Shown: positions 62,146-64,000 of the stretch, one piece after another
Layout of the letters: the number at the start of each line of letters is the position of its first letter
Numbering within the stretch: the stretch's first letter is position 1
Made by a program: the position numbers and the translations under genes
Notes under the pieces: model-generated
What the model was told of the DNA's origin: nothing
Seen by the model: only the letters and a program-made list of their open reading frames with translations
Databases searched by the model: none
Assembly (NCBI RefSeq): GCF_964194155.1
Contig: NC_135897.1
Location: 50,778,001-50,842,000, forward strand
Source of the DNA: Cetorhinus maximus
Lineage: Eukaryota
Direction: 5' to 3'
DNA: 64,000 bases

Positions 62146-62811
62146 CCGTCCTTGGCCTGCTGCAATGTTCCAGTGAAGCTCAACGCAAACTGGAGGAACA
62201 GCACCTCATCTTCTGACTAGGCACTTTACAGCCTTCTGGACTTAATACCGAGTTCAACAACTTCAGATCATGAACTCTCTCCTCCATCCCCACCCCCTTT
62301 CCGATCCCTCTTTTTCCAATAACTTATAATTTTTTATGTATATTTTTCTTTTCCCACCTATTTCCATTATTTTTAAATGTATTTCCATCCATTGTTTTAT
62401 CTCCACCTTTTAGCCTATTTTGATCCCTTCCCCCCCACCCCACCCCCACTAGGGCTATCTGTCACTTGCTTGTCCTGCTGTCTACCCTTAATGTCATCAT
62501 TAGCACATTCCTCAGCTAATATCACCACCGTCAAAACCCCTTTGTCCTTTTTGTCTATGACATCTTTGGCAATCTCTTCTTTGCCTCCAACTATCACTGG
62601 CCCTCTATCCAGCTCTACCTGTCCCACCCCCCTCAACCAGCTTATATTCCACCTCATTTCTATATTTCATAGTTCTGATGAAGAGTCATACGGACTCGAA
62701 ACGTTAACTGTGTTCCTCGCCGCAGATGCTGCCAGACCTGTTGAGTTTTTCCAGCTATTTTTGTTTTTATTTCAGATTTCCAGCGTCCGCAGTATTTTGC
62801 TTTTAGCTTAG
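62146..62811 (+). mobile_element. PLE 3' end
   Basis: QRKLEEQHLIF; UTR; terminal repeat; TSD tgttcattctttgt / tgttcaatctttgt (62132-62145, 62812-62825). Confidence 0.93.
62668..62712 (+). ncRNA. Minimal type I hammerhead ribozyme with canonical core
   Basis: catagtt-CTGATGA-a-gagtc(atacg)gactc-GAAAC-GTT^aactgtg: 7-bp helix I, 5-bp helix II, loopless palindromic helix III (aacgtt); predicted cut after 62705. Confidence 0.8.
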
Positions 62812-64000
62812 TGTTCAATCTTTGTACTCAGTGCTATCTCCAGATGTGACATGAATTAAAATACAATGACACTGCCATAAACCATGTTGTATCCTTGTCA
62901 GAAAATACGGCTAGTTGATCTTCTCAAGCTGTTTCCATATACAGATAGGAACTGAAAATTGAAATGACTCTATTGATATACTTAAGTGATCAATGTGTTA
63001 GAAAACTATTCTAATTAAAAGGTATGTGTGTGGTGCTAGCGTTATCACTATAGGGAGGGATTCGTGCTGAGGGTAGAATTATTATTCTTTAAAAAGGCCT
63101 TGAGCTGGTTCTTACAGTGACTTTAAAGCAAAGAGGTGCTGTGAACACTTCAGACAAGCAGGCAACCTAGCTCTTATCAATAGCTGTTTCTCATACCACT
63201 GACAGTTTGAGCTGATTTAAACTGTCTCACAGCTGCAAATTGCTAGCAGCCTGAATTAACTGTTTAATTACCCCTCAGAAAAGAACTTAAGCTAGCCTAT
63301 TTAAAGTGTGGTCAGTCTGAGATCCCAAAATGTTAGTCCTAATTAATATAAAATCCTAAAATTTGTATATTATCGAAATCTTACAAGCCTCAAATAAATT
63401 CAATGACCCAGACTCCATTGTTTTCTGGGGAATAGAATTCCATGTACCAACCCTCTGAGAAAAAAAATTTTCTCTGTCTTAAAAGGGAGACCTCTTATTT
63501 TCAAGCTGTGCCCCCAAGATCTAGTCTTTCCCACAAGAGGAAAAATCTGTCCAGTATCCACCCTATCAAGTCCCTTCAGGATTTTATACATTTCAAGAAG
63601 ATAAGTTTTCATTCTTTTAAATTCCATCGTGTATAGATGGGCCCAATCTGTTCCACCTTTCTTCACAAGATAAGCCCTTCATCCAAGGAATGAGTCGAGT
63701 GAACCTTCTCTACTCCTAACACAATTATATCATTCTTCAAATAAGGAGACCAAAACTGTACACAATATTCCAGATGTGGTGTCACCAAGGCCCTGTACAA
63801 CTGTAGCAAAACTTCCCTACATTTATATTCCATTCCCCTTGCAATAAACACCAAAATTCAATTTGCCTTCTTAATCACTTGCTGTACCTGCATACTAATT
63901 TTATGTGATCCATGTATCAGGACACACATACCCCTCTGTACCCTAGAGTCCTGCAGTCTCTCCATTTAAATAATATACTGATTTTCTATTATTCCTGTCA

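Larger units (their letters stand above)
61685..63385. mobile_element. Solo LTR containing a PLE
   Basis: Perfect termini tgtaaga...tcttaca; 4-bp TSD agtc/agcc; CR1 resumes after it. Confidence 0.85.
61515..64000 (-). mobile_element. CR1 LINE 3' part interrupted by a solo LTR
   Basis: [20 protein letters not shown]; tail at 61515-61684. Confidence 0.92.

Overview
Repeat-dense, gene-poor eukaryotic DNA, most likely an intron or gene 3' region of a cartilaginous fish (shark). That assignment is an inference from the repeat complement: CR1 and L2 LINEs, a DeuSINE/SacSINE1-like SINE, two Penelope-like (PLE) families, PIF/Harbinger elements and Gypsy-type LTR relics. Much of the window is decayed, often nested transposons, and almost every ORF in the supplied track is a TE remnant or noise. 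No intact multi-exon gene is recognisable. There is a candidate 72-nt phase-1 coding exon at 8106-8177 (+), a possible terminal exon just downstream, and a possible regulated stop-containing exon at 37344-37396; I could not identify the host gene. The most interesting signals are RNA-structural: (i) minimal hammerhead ribozymes in PLE termini, one canonical copy plus a recurrent CUGUUGA core variant; (ii) a 646-nt retrozyme-like mini-PLE; (iii) a short tRNA-headed SINE ending in two GAAA-tetraloop hairpins, present twice; (iv) a 139-bp inverted repeat whose three mismatches are all G-U wobbles on the + strand; (v) two PLE insertions at nearly the same position in the L2 3' tail. Coordinates were read by eye and boundaries of old repeats are approximate.
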